Source: Lama glama
Lineage: Eukaryota
DNA: 64,000 nt
Reading direction: 5' to 3'
NCBI GenBank assembly: GCA_028534125.1
Contig: CM052818.1
Location: 18,106,001 to 18,170,000 of the forward strand
The position numbers and the translations under genes are program-made. The notes under the pieces were generated by a model. It did not search any database. It was not told where the DNA came from and saw only the letters and a list, made by a program, of their open reading frames with translations. Shown in pieces: positions 49,965 through 63,640 of the stretch (its first letter is position 1; each line of letters opens with the position of its first letter).

Positions 49965-52090
49965 ATTGTTGGTAGAGACTTCCCTGTTTCCAGTTGTGAA
50001 TCATCGCTACAATACCACTCTGAACATTCTTCCATGTATCTCTCAGTAGACATGTGCACACATTTTTCTTGGATACACATCTAGTAGTAGAACTGTTGGG
50101 ACAGAGATTATATATATTTTCAACCCTAACAGAAATGTTTCCCAAACAGATTATTCCAAATTGCAAGAACAGTACAATAAACACTTGTCTCTTCACCTAG
50201 ATTCATTAACTATAAATATTTTACCATATACTCTGCACTCTCCCTTACAGTAATAATACATATGTGACACTAATAATAACATACACATAATGAGAATAAT
50301 AAATGTATGTTTACTTCTTATTGCCATTCACCATTTTAAAGAAGCATTTCAGATTAAATTGCAAACATCAGACCTCTTAACCCTAAATATTTCAGTATGC
50401 ATCTCAGGAGAACAAAGACACTTATCGATATATCACACTGTCTTATGTATTTTCAAATTCAGGAAATGTAACATAAATAAAATACAATTAACGAATACAG
50501 TGCTTCTCAAACTTCAGTGTGCAGTTCAGATCATCTGAGGATCTTGTTACAATGTGAATCTAACCCATCAGGTTTGGGTTGGTGCCAATGATTATGCATT
50601 TTTAATAAGCTCACAGGTAAGACTAATGTGACTGATCATGGATCATACATTGATTGGCAATTATCTAATGTACGCATTCAAATTTTTCTGGTGGTGTCAA
50701 TAATATTCTTCAGCGCCTTCTCCCTTCAGAATCCCTCCAGGATCGAGTGTTGCCGTCAGCTGTCACGGTCACCTTTATTGGTGAAGGCTCTCCCACTGGG
50801 CTAAACTTTTAGGTTGCTAATTGGTTTCTTTCAGCACACCGAAGATATTATTTCACTGTCTTCTTCCAAGTTTCTAAAACTATAATGTTTTTGAGAAATC
50901 AGCTTTCAGTCTCAACACTGCTCCTTTTATTAAAGATAATCTCTCTTTCCATCTTCTACTTTTAAAATGATCTTTCTTTTGGTTCTCTGTGATTTGTCTA
51001 GGTATTGATTTGTTTTTATTACTTTGCTGTGGGGTTTTGCTGGACTTCTTGAATTTATGGATTGAGGTCTTCCATCACTTTTGGAGGCTTCTAAGTTACT
51101 GGCACTTCAAATATGTGATTGCCCACTCTCTTCTCTCCGTCACAAACGCATGCTGGGCCTCACTCTGTCTTCTTGCCCATTTTCCTGTATTTCCCGTTCT
51201 TCTGTCTCTCCATGCTTCCTTGTGGCTGTTTTCCTCCAATCTGTATTTCAGGCCACTGCTTGTCTCTTCATCTATGTCTTGTATGCTGCTTAGCAAACTC
51301 ATTGAGTTTGTAAGTTTGTTTACAGCATTTTCAGTCTCAGAATTTATATCGGCTCCTTCTCAAAGCCATGGTGTCACTTTTCAGAGTGTCACGCTTTTCG
51401 CCAGTGTTTTGTGTCTTGTCGTTTTTCTCTTGGAAGGTAAAATAACGTGGTTTTGAATTCCAGCATCTGCAGCCCTTGCACACCTGTTTTCTACGTTCCG
51501 TGTTTCTGCTCTTCCTCCTTGGTGTTTTCTTATCTGCCTGCACCTCGTTCTTCAATTCTGTGCCAGACATTGTATGTTTTCAAATATTTATAGGATTAAT
51601 TGGGGCCTAGAGTGATGTTAATTTTGTTGATAAGGAACCTCACTTTGTTTCATCCAGGAGCCTGTGGGAACTATAATTAGGAATCGCCTTAATACAATTA
51701 TCGGGCTTGAGAATTCCTGAGTTACTGAGAAGATTTAAAACTCTGACACCAGGGCAATAGCTGCCTTACAAGTTAATCCCTTCACTTAGGGTGCAGCTCT
51801 TCAGAAGTTTTACAGGGAAACTCCTAAAATTCAGACCTTCTCTGCTGGCCCTTCTAAGCTGTCAAAAGGGCTATTCCACTTCCCGGATGTGTCTTTTTGA
51901 TCAACAAATACCTCTTGGGGAAAAATGGACCCCAAATACTGGGATCTCCACAATGCTGTTGTATTAACTCCTCACCAGCCTACTAGTTTCCCAAGGCCTT
52001 TCAGCAGATTAAAAAGCAAAAGCTGGTCTATGACTTGTCCTCAGTAGGATGAGTCTGCACTACTTAGTCTACCAGTTCCAAAGGCTGGAA
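49965..52090 (-). mobile_element. Old L1M/L1ME fragments, antisense (with MER5A insert)
   Basis: ggatacacatctagtagtagaactgttggg; gaagatattatttcactgtcttc...ttgagaaatcagct...gtgatttgtctaggtattgatttg. Confidence 0.65.
50498..50660 (-). mobile_element. MER5A-family hAT-Charlie element
   Basis: cagtgcttctcaaacttcagtgtgca...atcatctgaggatcttgtta...tgcatttttaataagctcacagg. Confidence 0.75.
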
Positions 52091-52259
52091 TCTAAATAAT
52101 ATTTTTGAAATTTATACAATGGGACTTAAATTTGCAGTCCCAAAACAATAGACATAAAATACAAAAGTGAGGTGACAAAGAGGCAGACTTTTCAAAGTAG
52201 GTTTCAGAGAGGTAGTTAAATAACTGGCCCACAAAGAAGACCAAAAGGTATTAAGAGAA

Positions 52260-53190
52260 ATGCAAGAGAAGTGTCGATTTTCTCAAGCCCTGAGAAAGGA
52301 TTTATGAGACTAGCCTGGGAGTTTGAGAAACCTTCTCTGCAGTTCTAGAACACAGAAGAACAGCGCTGACTCAATCTGAAAGAATCCAAAGATAAGAGGC
52401 CAGCTAAAGCATCTCACAGTAGTAAAATGTCTTATCTGGGGCATAACTACTCTCATCAGTGGTCAAAGATGCATGAGTGCTGGGGACTAGGTAGGGAACT
52501 GATGGGGAAAATATGAGGTCAGGATCGTATTCAAAGTAATCCTGCATCCAAAGGACTGCTTCCAGGGCCCATGAAATTCCAATAGGGTGTATATGTGAAG
52601 TGGACTTCCAGAAAACCAGAAGTTGAGGGGCATAAGGAACAACAAGTCAAAGAGGTGATTTCCAAATGAAAGGAGCTGGCTCTGAAGACCCAGCCAGGGA
52701 GCCTCTAAAGAATCCACAGATGTCACAAGAAAGACACTTTACACGTCTTTTAGGCATCAGGAAGGCAGAGCTGTCCTCCAATAATACCAGTCAAATAAGA
52801 ACTCTGTTCCACTACCCCTCTTCTTTACATGCACTACATTTTCCCCAAAAAGGAGCAGCATCTAGCAAGGAGGAGGACAGGTGAGCAAGCAAAAAGAGTG
52901 GATCTGACCGTAGTCTGCTCCTTGAAGACAGGAGGCCTCAGCAGGGGGTGAAGGGGGAGAAATCTTTCCATTAACTGAAGAAGAAAGCCTTGCTTGAAAG
53001 ATCGGAATGGATATTCTGCTTTCTGTGATGAGTTTGTATTCGTGACTTTAGGAAACCACAGAACTTTCTATTACCTCGGAGTCACTGGAAACTTACAGAT
53101 GTCACTAAGGAGTTCAATCGGAGGAGGGGGAGAGAAATTTTCCATGAATTAACTTTAAAGGAGGTTAAAAAGTAGTTGAGTTTCGGATGA
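52260..53190 (+). mobile_element. Possible ancient LTR remnant (family uncertain)
   Basis: ctattacctcggagtcactggaaa...aactttaaaggagg resembles old LTR 3' regions, from memory only. Confidence 0.35.
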
Positions 53191-54729
53191 GATCTCACTT
53201 TTCTGGGTAAGAAAAAAAACAAACATCAGGGTTTCAGTAAGATGATTCAGAGGGAAACATAGCATAGACTGGATGGGGAAAAGGTTAACGTCAGGAAAGC
53301 AGCAGAGCCCCTGTTATAATAATCCTACATGGGGAGAGTGAGAGAATGGGGGTCTTCCAGGAAGTAATTCCAGAAGAGGCACCTGTGTCATCCCCCAGAA
53401 CTCTGGGATGTAAAAATAGAAAAAAATTAGTCAAAACCCTCTACAATTTATTTTCAGTGTTGCCTTCAACTAATTGTTACCTTACTAATCCTCACTGTCA
53501 TCTGTAAAATGGGAAAAATAATACTTGAGAGATAAATGTGATAAATCTGTAATAACATATGAACCCACCATGAGTTAAATGAATGAAACTGAGTTACCTA
53601 AAAGAATGAATGAACAAATGAATACCTGGCTCTAGTGTTAAGATTAGGAGGGAAGAAGGGCCAAACCCTAACTTGAAACACTATTCAGATGCTACATTAC
53701 GGCTGATTTTAAATGTAACCATTTCTCTGTATGCGTGTGTGTGTTTTCCTTTAATAATCAAAGTCATGTTCAAATATTAAATAGATGGTTTTACGGCCTC
53801 AAGGACCAGTCTGCAACATCCACCTAGACTGGCACAAACCTGTTGGGATGAATGATCCTACTTGCTATTCAGGTTAGTGTCATCCAGTCAGAGCCCTGTG
53901 CTAAAGGCAGCTGGCAAGCCTTCCCATGATGGCTGAGTTGACATGAACACCAAGGCAGTGTCAGCTGCTGGCTTTCATTAGATACTCTTTGACTGAGTTG
54001 AATATTGAAACAAGGCCACCTGATAAAGTCATCTTGGATTCCTGCAGGGAGGGACTGGAGGTGCTGGAAGCAAAATGAGGTGCAGGTGGGAAAGCATAAT
54101 AAGTTCTGCAATTTACAAGTGTTAATATAAAAAAATCAGAACATGAACCTCACTGGAAAGGATCTATAGACTATTTATTTACTCAAAGTGACCTTGTAAT
54201 CTATCAGTCATTAACGTGATAGCAAAGAACATGAATGCCACCCTGTGGCTACCAGCAGAAATTATACTTAATATAACATAATTTTACATAATTAGAGGGT
54301 AATGGGAATGTGATTAAAAGAAATCATGCAGATGCCAGGAGAATGAGGGATGGCCCGGATAAACAGTTATTGCTGCTAATATATGACGCAGGCAGGCATC
54401 ACCCAAAATATTAAGGGAATAAACTCCCTAGTCTCTTCTCTAAATAACGTAAGCAGAAAAATAGACTCTGATTATACACACACAAATCATTAGACAAAGA
54501 CAGATTACTGGTAATAATAAAGAAGAGAACAGAGAAAGAACAGTATGTCTTTTGGCATCCTTGTCACTCAAACATGTGAAGATTATGAGACCCTCACATA
54601 TGCAAAAAGATGATTACCCTGACATGCCCACGTGTGTCTCCTTACACACAAATGTGCACGTCCCAATTCACAGACCCAATTTTTCTTTGTGAGTTTTTTT
54701 CTGCATCTGACTACTGCAGAATGATTGTT

Positions 54730-55985
54730 GATTTCATTCATTTGCCAGATTTTCACAGACTCATGTGCTGTCTGTCCTAAGTCCTGGAGCTACTACAGTA
54801 GAGGTCCCTGCCCTCACTGAGCTTACATTCTATGTGGATCAACAGACAACAACCAAATAAATACATACATGTCAGGTGGTAAACAATTCAGTGGAGAAAA
54901 ATTAAACAATGTAAATGGAATACTGAGTGCTGGAGGCTGGGGGAGATGGGGAAGCATCTTCAATAAGACAACATTTGGAAGACTGAGGATTCAGTGAAGG
55001 AGCAAGCCATGCATATACAGGGCAAGGAAACTTCCAGGCAAAGAGTACAAAGGCTCTGAGGTCAAGTTTGCTTGGTGTGACTGGGGAACAATGAGGAGGC
55101 CAGCATGGCATAGAGCAAGCGAGAGGAGGAGTGACTGGGGATGAGGGAGAAGAGGTTATAGGAGTGGGAAGGCGGCTGGGCCCTCGGGGCTCGGCTTGGT
55201 GGACAGTTTTGAGGACTTTGGCTTTTACTCCAAGTTACAGATTTCTGACATGCTGTGACTTATGCTTTAAAAGAATTAATCAATCAAATGTAGAAAAGGA
55301 GACCATAGGGGCAAAAGCAAAGTGGCTGTTTCCATAGTCCTACAGATGATGGTTTTGACTTGGTCCAAGATAGTAGCAATGGACATGGTAATGGTAGTCA
55401 GATTTTGGACAGATAATAAAGGTAGAAGCAACATCATTTACAACTGTATTCAATGTAGGTATGCAAAAAAGGAGAAGAGTCAATGGTTTGAGCATAAGTA
55501 ATCAGAAAAATGGAGTTGTCACTCACAGATTTGGAAAAGACTATGAGAGAAGCACATTTAGGTGAGTAAACTTAAGAGTTTCTCTTGGGAAATAAGCCAG
55601 GAGCATTGTAGTTACCTAAATAAAGGTGTTGGGTTGAGGAGTAGGGTTATCAGATTTAGCAAGTAAAATGCAGGTGCCCAGTTAAATTTGAATTTCAGAT
55701 AAACAATGAATAATTTTAATATACATTTGTCCCCAATATTGTATTTACTTAGGCAAAAAGATAATTTATTGTCTATCTGAAATTCAAATTTAACTGAGTG
55801 TCCTGTATTTTATCTGGCTATGCTAGTTTAAGAAGGCATTTGAGTTTTAAGTCTGGAGTTCAGGGATATAAATTTAGGAATCATCATTATATAGATGGTA
55901 CTTTAAAACTGAGACTGAATGAGATCACCTAGGGATGAGTAACAGACAGAACAGAGATGAGACCTAAGACTATGCTCTGGCACCA
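54730..55985 (-). mobile_element. L2 LINE 3' portion, split by MER53
   Basis: gtccctgccctcactgagcttacattcta, gaggactttggcttttactc, gagactgaatgagatcacctaggga. Confidence 0.85.
55642..55825. mobile_element. MER53 palindromic hAT MITE
   Basis: tagggttatcagatttagcaa...cagttaaatttgaatttcagataaacaat / attgtctatctgaaattcaaatttaactg...tatctggctatgcta; inner arms are 28/29 complementary. Confidence 0.9.
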
Positions 55986-57406
55986 TGTTCATAAACAAAT
56001 AGCACAGTATAGTTATCAAACTTGAAACCATCCAAGACTTCACTAGTCTTTGAACATGAGCCACCGAATTATCCACACCTAGCCCACCCAGAAGCAGACA
56101 GAGGCTAGTTCCAAAGGTGTATTTCTCCCAATGTGTCTGTAGTAACAATTTTCCCGACACATTATCCCTTCTATCACCCCAGGAGCTTCTGTAAAAGAGA
56201 GGGACAAATAGGCAGACTTCTCATTATCAAGATAGAAAGGGAAGAATTCACACATGCTCCATCCTGGGTCACCATAATAACATAGGTTCTGAAATTATTT
56301 AATCTATTTTCAAATTCCATCTCCAAGATGAGAAAAAATTAATGTAAGAGAAATATTAGGCCAGCGAAGGCCAGTGGAATATTTAAGTCTTAATGCTGGT
56401 ATTTTGAACTTTAAGGGAAGGAGCGTGAAGATTTGTGTAGATTTCCATTTTATTTCACTTAGGAAGTACTTCAGATTTCTAAATGAGAGAACAGAGGGGT
56501 CACCTGGAGATTAATGGGCAGTCAATTTGGAATAAACGAAGCAGACTACCTGATGATATGGCTGTGGGAATGCAGAGCTTTATTCCTGCTTCTGGATGCT
56601 AAGACTCCTTGGCTATTTCACTGTCTGAAGTGCCCTTGTCTGCATGTATCTCATCCCTCTATCAGAAGTCACTTAAGTATAGGGCAGGATTCTTCCTTCT
56701 GGCCTTTTATAAGCTCATCGGAGTGACGTAACCTACAGGTCATAGAAGAATCTGCCTTTGCTGTCCGACAAATCATGGTTTGTGTCTTGGTTCTGCCCTT
56801 CCTAATTGATCTGGGGTTTGTTAATTAACCTCTCAAATTTTAGATTTCTCCATCTGCAAATGAGGGTACTAATAGAATCCAGCATGCAAGAATTTTGTAA
56901 AGATTAAATGAGGTAAGCATGTTAATCTTTTAGTAGAGAATCTGCCACATAAATGCCCATCAATGCTCTACAGGCAGTGTCTATGAGTGAAAAAGAGTGC
57001 AATAGTATTCAAAGCATAATCAGCCAAAAAAAAATCTTTTTAATGTAGCATTCACACATCTAATTGCTTCCCAAGCTCCTTGCCTTGTAATATGTGGTGA
57101 ATTCCCCTTTAATGGGATGACTGACTGTAGTCAACCGCTGCTGCTCTGACCAGGGTTACAGCTGCCACTCCAGACCAAGGCCAGGACTTCTGGAGTGTTC
57201 TACTACTCTTGACGAGGTTCCACTGACAGATATAGAAATAGCTACCCCACTGGACATTGTAATACTCTCCTCTAACATGAATCTTGAGAACTAATTTTTA
57301 GAAAGAAATATAACTAATGAAAAAGCACATAATTTATAAACTTTAAATATGGAGATTACAAGTCACACTTAAATCATAAAATTCTGTTTTCATCATGAGA
57401 AAAAAT

Positions 57407-57430
57407 ACACACACACACACACACACACAC
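57407..57430. repeat. (AC)12 microsatellite
   Basis: Read directly. Confidence 0.95.
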
Positions 57431-57955
57431 ATACAGTGCTTGGAATAAGTGGTACAGTAGGATTTGGAGGCAAAGACTCTGTAATTCCCAGAATTTGGGC
57501 TTCTCTACTCTCTGGGCTTATCTTCTAATGGTCAGAAGCTCAATTCTAAAACAAAGTGATTTCCTCAAGAAAAGGTTTTGAGACCCTCCCAGTACCCCAC
57601 TGCTAGCTGGCCCCAGCCACAGCCTAACTCCTGCTTTCCCATCTCTTCCTCTTTATTCATAAGAATAGTCTGCAGAGCTTTCCCTTCCCCAGAGCACTGA
57701 AATGGCAGGCTTGTCCACCTGCAAAATGGCGGTGCCATATTTCTTCCCAATTGTATATTTATATCAAGCTCCTGTGCTGTATTATCTGATGCATAATCAC
57801 TCTAGGTTACAGAAGAGGAAAACTTTACTACTTCACAATATGTGGTAATAAGAACCCATGATGGTATTATTTCTTTTTAGGGAAGCAGGATGGACATGGT
57901 TTGATCCACACATAAAAACGTAAACATGTATGTACGAAAACAACCATTTGAGATA

Positions 57956-58034
57956 CTAGACTGAGCTATATAAAATTGCTGGCATTAGACTATTTTTCCC
58001 TACAAATACAGCAATCTCATACAGTTCAACCTAA
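57956..58034. mobile_element. MADE2 mariner-derived MITE
   Basis: ~80-bp imperfect palindrome. Its reverse complement, ttaggttgaactgtatgagattgc..., matches MADE2; TA dinucleotides on both flanks. Confidence 0.8.
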
Positions 58035-58502
58035 TAGAAACATCACAGTATTTTACTAGGTGCTGGAATATTGAACTAGTAGTTGTCATCACAAAAAGAC
58101 ACTGTAGGCAATCAGTGTGATTCCGAGGAACTCAAAATTTTTCTAGATACCTTTTCAATATTCAGAATGAAGAGGCCTGAGGAAATATCATATTCCCATT
58201 TTGCAAGTGGGAAGGTTAAAAGACCACTAAAAATAAATTGACCAAACATAATGTAAATTGATGGCCAACTTGTTCCTCATCATTTCATGTCAAGTGCTTG
58301 GCACAAAAATGGATATTTTAGAGAATGAGATAATAGGAGGAAAATTGTTGTAGAGAAATTAAAATTGTGCAAGAAAAAGGAAGGTATCTAAGAGTTTAAA
58401 GGACAGTAGAGAGGTTACTAATTCACTAAACACAGAAATCAGTAATTACAATCACTGACTAAAAGAAATTTCTCACTATGTTTAGAAGGAATACCACAAA
58501 CA

Positions 58503-58975
58503 ACAATGGAATACTACTCAGCCATAAAAAGAATGAAATAACGCCATTTGCAGCAACATGGGTGGAACTAGAGATTGTCACACCAAGTGAAGTACATCAT
58601 ACAGAAAAGACAAATATCATATGATATCACTTATATGTGGAATCTAAAAAAAAAGCCAATACAAATGAACTAATTTACAAAACAGAAAAAGACTGAGATA
58701 AAGAAAAACTTTTGGTTACCAAAGGGGAAAGGGTTGGGGGGAGGGATAAATTAGGAGTTTGGGATTAGCAGATACAAACTACTACATATAAAATAGATAA
58801 AAAACAGGACCTACTGTATAGCACAGGGAACAGTATTCAATATCTTGCAATAACCTATAACGGAAAATAATCTGAAAAGGAATACATGCATACATGTATA
58901 TAACCGAATCACTGTGCTGTACACCAGAAACAAATACAACATTGTAAATCAACTAAACTTCAATTTAAAAAAAAA
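58503..58975 (+). mobile_element. 5'-truncated L1 3' end (cetartiodactyl type)
   Basis: acaatggaatactactcagccataaaaagaatgaaataacgccatttgcagcaacatgg...gggataaattaggagtttgggattagcagatacaaactac...poly(A); only a degenerate TSD (agaaggaatac/agaaggcattc). Confidence 0.92.
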
Positions 58976-60986
58976 GAAGGCATTCAATTCATCTCAGTTC
59001 TTCTCTTACCAGATTCAAAATACGTGTTCCACCTCTCTATGGCTATTCCCTTCAAAAGCTATTCTTGATGAATAGATCTCAGCCCTGTTATATAAGTTTT
59101 TTTAAAAATCCCAAAGACTGCTTTGAGGCAGGAAGAAAAGAAAATCAATGAGTCGTCATGAAAAGGAGGACCAGGAGGCTTAGTTCAAAGGGACACTCTG
59201 AAGAGCCCAACTCTTTCTCACTCATGAGGTTGGCCAAGATGCTTATGTACCATATGTGAGCCCACTCATTATGTTACTTAAACTCATTCAGAATCTGAGG
59301 CTTAAGGCAATATATTTCTATGAGGTGTTTCCATTTTTAAAACATATTCCCAACTATTATCACATCAACCCCATGAGACAGATTAGAAAAGCAATATCAT
59401 CCCTTTGAATAAAAAAAATGGAAATTTTTTGCTGAGAAGGAAATTGAGGCTCATGTATTTGCTCAGGACTTCACAAGAGCCATGACTAGTATCTAAGCCT
59501 TATGATTGTTCAGTTTCAGAAACAACACGCTTTAGATCTAGGGAGATCTGAGTGCCAGCTCTACAACCAATTTCCTCTGTAGTCATCTGAGTGTCAGTTT
59601 TGCTAGCTGTGACATGTGAATAATGGTGTCTATTTCATGGGGTCACAGGCTGTGTTCAATGAATGTTGATTCTCTTTCCCTTGCCTGCTGAAGACAGGGA
59701 ATGCCATGGGGGAGGGAAAGGGAAGTAAAATGAGTGGATGTTTAAAATGGTTAACCATGAAAAGTAGTGAAGGAAAAGAGTTTCCTGGGTCAAAGCTTGA
59801 AACTCCAAGAATGTCTTTTGAAGTTTTGGTACCTCCCACACAGTGTTATCCAAATAGCTTCAATCTGAAGCTGATATTCTTAAGGTTGCTCATTTTCTCT
59901 ATTAAACATCAATAATAAGCTTTAACCTGAGGATTAAATATACTTTAAAACCTAATTAAAAATGAAGATTAAAATGTACTTCCCCTTATCCAAAGGAAAC
60001 AAAATACAAAAGAAGCTGCCCTAGAGGTTAATGTGAAAAAGAACTTGTTAACTTGATTCTTTTACCTTTCTAAAACATTTCAATTCAAACCTAAATTGAA
60101 TATTGGATTAGCTTGAATAAAGGATGGTAATTTCTTGAAAAATACAATGTAGCCAGTTCTGAATTATCCTTATTTACAGAAGGAACCAAAGAAACAAAAA
60201 CCCTAAAACAGCAGATGGCCTCAAAGTGTTTTCTTGTCATAAAGATCAGGATATGAGTAATATCATATGGTTTGAGGAAATAAAAATGATTTATGAACAT
60301 GCATATCTTTGGAGATGGTAAACACAGTAAACTATCAACTTAGTGCAAATTAGTTCATCAGCTTAGCTAGCTGTCACTTCCACCATAAGCAGGACAATGA
60401 GAGAAAGGGATGTGGCAATAATAAATTTTTTTGAACACTGAATTCAATGGAAACATTCATTTCTCAGTGCTTCGGACAAAACGAAACTCCAAGGTAGAAG
60501 AAGAGAGATGACCAATACCAAGAATTCCTCATTACCTTTTGCCTAAATATGACACTTGAAATTTATGGGATATTAACTGCTATTTTTCAAATTTATTTAT
60601 AAAACATTTATTTATTCTTTTTTTAGTCAATAAATATTTTGAGCACTATTTGCCGTGCACAGTACAATGGCTTAAGGGGAAGAAAGGCTGATTAATTCAT
60701 GGCTACTCTTCTCAAACAGTTTAGAATGTAGTGATATATAAACTTGTTTTAAACTAAGTTTACATTTCCTGAACCACATATAGTGGAAATGGCATTAGGG
60801 AGTCACTAACTGAACATTAAAAATTAATTGTAAGCTTGTCAAACTATAAGGCATTAGTTAAATGGGATAGGGTACATGTTGTAATGGAATATGATAAAAT
60901 CGCTTAAAAATAGAGTTCTTGAGTTCTATTTAAGAACATGAGAAATTGTTCACAATATATTAAATGGAAAATCAGGTTTAAAACAG

Positions 60987-61355
60987 TGCATTAGTTATAC
61001 TCCAACACTTAATGGCTTAAACTAACAATACAGAATATTTCATAATGTTTTGGTTGGCTAAGGAGTCTTGCTGTTGGATTCTCCTGGGATCACTGGTGCA
61101 GGAGCGCTATTCAAGGCAGCTACAGGCTCACCAGGGTCCTGACTTATCTGGGCACCTAGCATGACTGGATGTACCTATAGATGTGGTCTTTTATCCTTAA
61201 GGAGACTAGCTTCTACTTGCATTATACTTCCTGATGGCCCATTGCCCCCTGAAAGTCACAGGGCTAATCCCAAAGTCAATGTGGGAGGTACCATACCAGG
61301 CATGTAAGGACATGGAGGGATGACTCATTGGGAGCCAGAGTATATGTAATTGTAT
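60987..61355 (-). mobile_element. MLT1 (G/H-like) MaLR LTR within an L1ME fragment
   Basis: tgcattagtt...acttaatggcttaaa...aaagtcacagggctaatcccaaagtcaatgtgggagg...gactcattggg. Confidence 0.65.
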
Positions 61356-63414
61356 GCCCAATATAATCACATTCTAACACATATGACTCATATACACAGT
61401 CTGAAGGAGATACCAGAAAATATTAATTTATCTTTATAAAGGGGGACACAGTGAGATTACAAGAATTTTTTTCTTTATTTTTAAAAATTTTTCCTACAGT
61501 GAGCATATATAGGATGTATTATTTCAAAATCAGCTCAAATAAAATTACCTGCAGATATTTTCCAACAATATAGAAATAACTGAACCATTAACATATCTGA
61601 ATGATGCACATTGCAAAGCAAAAATACCACTTCAAGGCACTATCCTCCTCTTCTCCTTCATTCTTCTGGAAGGAAATCTACAACACTGCCGTTGCTATTT
61701 TTTCACAACTTTGCTAAGTGTCACCCATCCATTTAGTTTTGAAGGGTTGAAAAGTACATGAGTCACGTGCTAATCATCAAAAATTACAGTAGTATTAGAA
61801 TGCTTTGAGGCGGTGATTTAAATACACACACACTTGTAGCCAAATCAAGTTACACTCAAGAGGGTCACCCCACTCTTCAGTAATCCTCCCGTCTCTAAAG
61901 CCCTGCTAGCGTGCCTGCTGTCTTCCGGTTGGCCTCACCCTGTGTGCTTGATCATTTCCTCAAGGCCCTCTGTGTTCCGAAGCCTCACCTGACTCACCTG
62001 ACAAGCTCAGCCCCCAAAGATAGCTCCTCTTTGCACAGTTTATTTGATCACCTGGTTATCATCTAATGGCTAATCTTACCCACGGGCGGGCCCTCCATGA
62101 ATGTTTGAAATCTCTCAAAGGGTCTGAGCTCCATGTACAGCACTTAAACATGAAACTTTGATTATTTAAGTGCCCTGAAATCTCAGTTAGTTGAACCTGT
62201 GGGTTTCCCAAGGTAAAGAGCAATTCCACCTTCCATCCTTTCCCTTGCAGCAGGAAAGGGAGGGGTACAAAATTCCTGCTTATGAGCACTTGTCATTTCT
62301 CCTGGGCGGTGACACCACTTTTGGGTAAGGGAAGCCCCTTACAAGTGGAAAGTTCTGGTGTCTGAGAGGTGTGCCCGAGTTTAGGAGATGTGTGAAGGGC
62401 ATTTGGCAAGAAGGCATTTTAGTAAATTAAGAAACATCTCTGCACTGGTAGCTTTCACTCATCACAATTGAACAAACTCATTTTGAGGACCCCTTCTCCC
62501 CCTCTACCTGCTTTCTGAATGTCCTTTCTATCATCTGGAGGTGAGAGAAGATGGCTTTGGCAGAGAGAAGACTTACACGTTAATATTTCCTGGAGCCTGA
62601 GCGGAGGCAGACGGCTCCCGTTGCATTACAGAGATCTAAGGAAATGAGGTTGCTTCAAAGCAATAAAGGTTTCCTTTACAGTCTCCTCTTTTTTGTGCTA
62701 GTTGTTTAAATCAAAATTTTTCCTAGCTTTTTGTAGTGATAAATAGGTGGAAAGAATGTTTATCTAATAAAGGGCCTGCTATTAAATAAGCAATCTGGTT
62801 TTGGGAAAAGGTGCAACATCACTTTCTTCCACTGGCATCCAAAGCAGGATTTTAGGAGCCTTTTCTTTTCCTCCCCTCCTTAATCTCTGCCACTCCTTCA
62901 GGGTTCAGTGTCCACATGCTGCTACAGGAATATGGTGGTGATCTCATCACCATAGTGACCATTCTCAATGGTCTCTCCTTCCTTAGCATGATCCTCTTTC
63001 TGAGGAATTTGTATAGAGAGAAGAATGCTTATCCAAGTCACAAAGGAGTTTGTCAGGTTTCAAGAATGAACCCTGTCCCCAGCTGAGTTCTGAAGTGGAC
63101 AAGTTTGCCTTTTGTGCTCCAGGCTCCAATGCCTGCAATAGTCCCTTTGTGATTCCCTGGCCAGCATGGCCCCGTACTTTGCTTCTCCTTTCAGCGCCCA
63201 AGAGAGTATTATTAGTACATATATAACATGCTAAGCAAAGATTAAGTCATTTCCAACGTTAGGAACAAAGGGAGTCTGTCATCCATTTATTTAAAGCACA
63301 GGAGAGGCTTCTTACCCCACCTACATGCTAATTAAGGTCTGAGAGGTGTGTACCTAGTCTGAGAGTCACTTTTCCCCCTAACTGTTCACTCTATGAATTA
63401 ATCATACTCATACA

Positions 63415-63640
63415 GTGTAGAGCAGCAGTTAACAGCCCCAGAATCAGATGCTTGGCTTCAAAGCCCGGTTCTGCTGCTTTCTAGCTGGGTGATCTTGGGC
63501 AAGTTGTTTTACTTCTACGTGCTTGAATTTTTTTACTCTACAACCAAACCTAGCTCTTAAATTTATTGTGAGATTAAATGAGTTAATGCATGAGAAGCAG
63601 TTTGAACAATGTTTATCTCACTGCAAGCACTCAATGAATG
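63415..63640 (+). mobile_element. MIR SINE followed by (GTT)8 at 63640-63663
   Basis: ctagctgggtgatcttgggcaagtt...ttgtgagattaaatgagttaatgcatg...aagcactcaatgaatgtt. Confidence 0.85.

Noticed and set aside
50989..51456. Longest ORF (155 aa, hydrophobic, membrane-protein-like)
   Set aside because: It lies on the T-rich antisense strand of an old L1 fragment, which yields Leu/Phe/Ser-rich chance ORFs.
57722..57732. YY1 consensus caaaatggcgg
   Set aside because: Single isolated motif with no promoter or CpG-island context.
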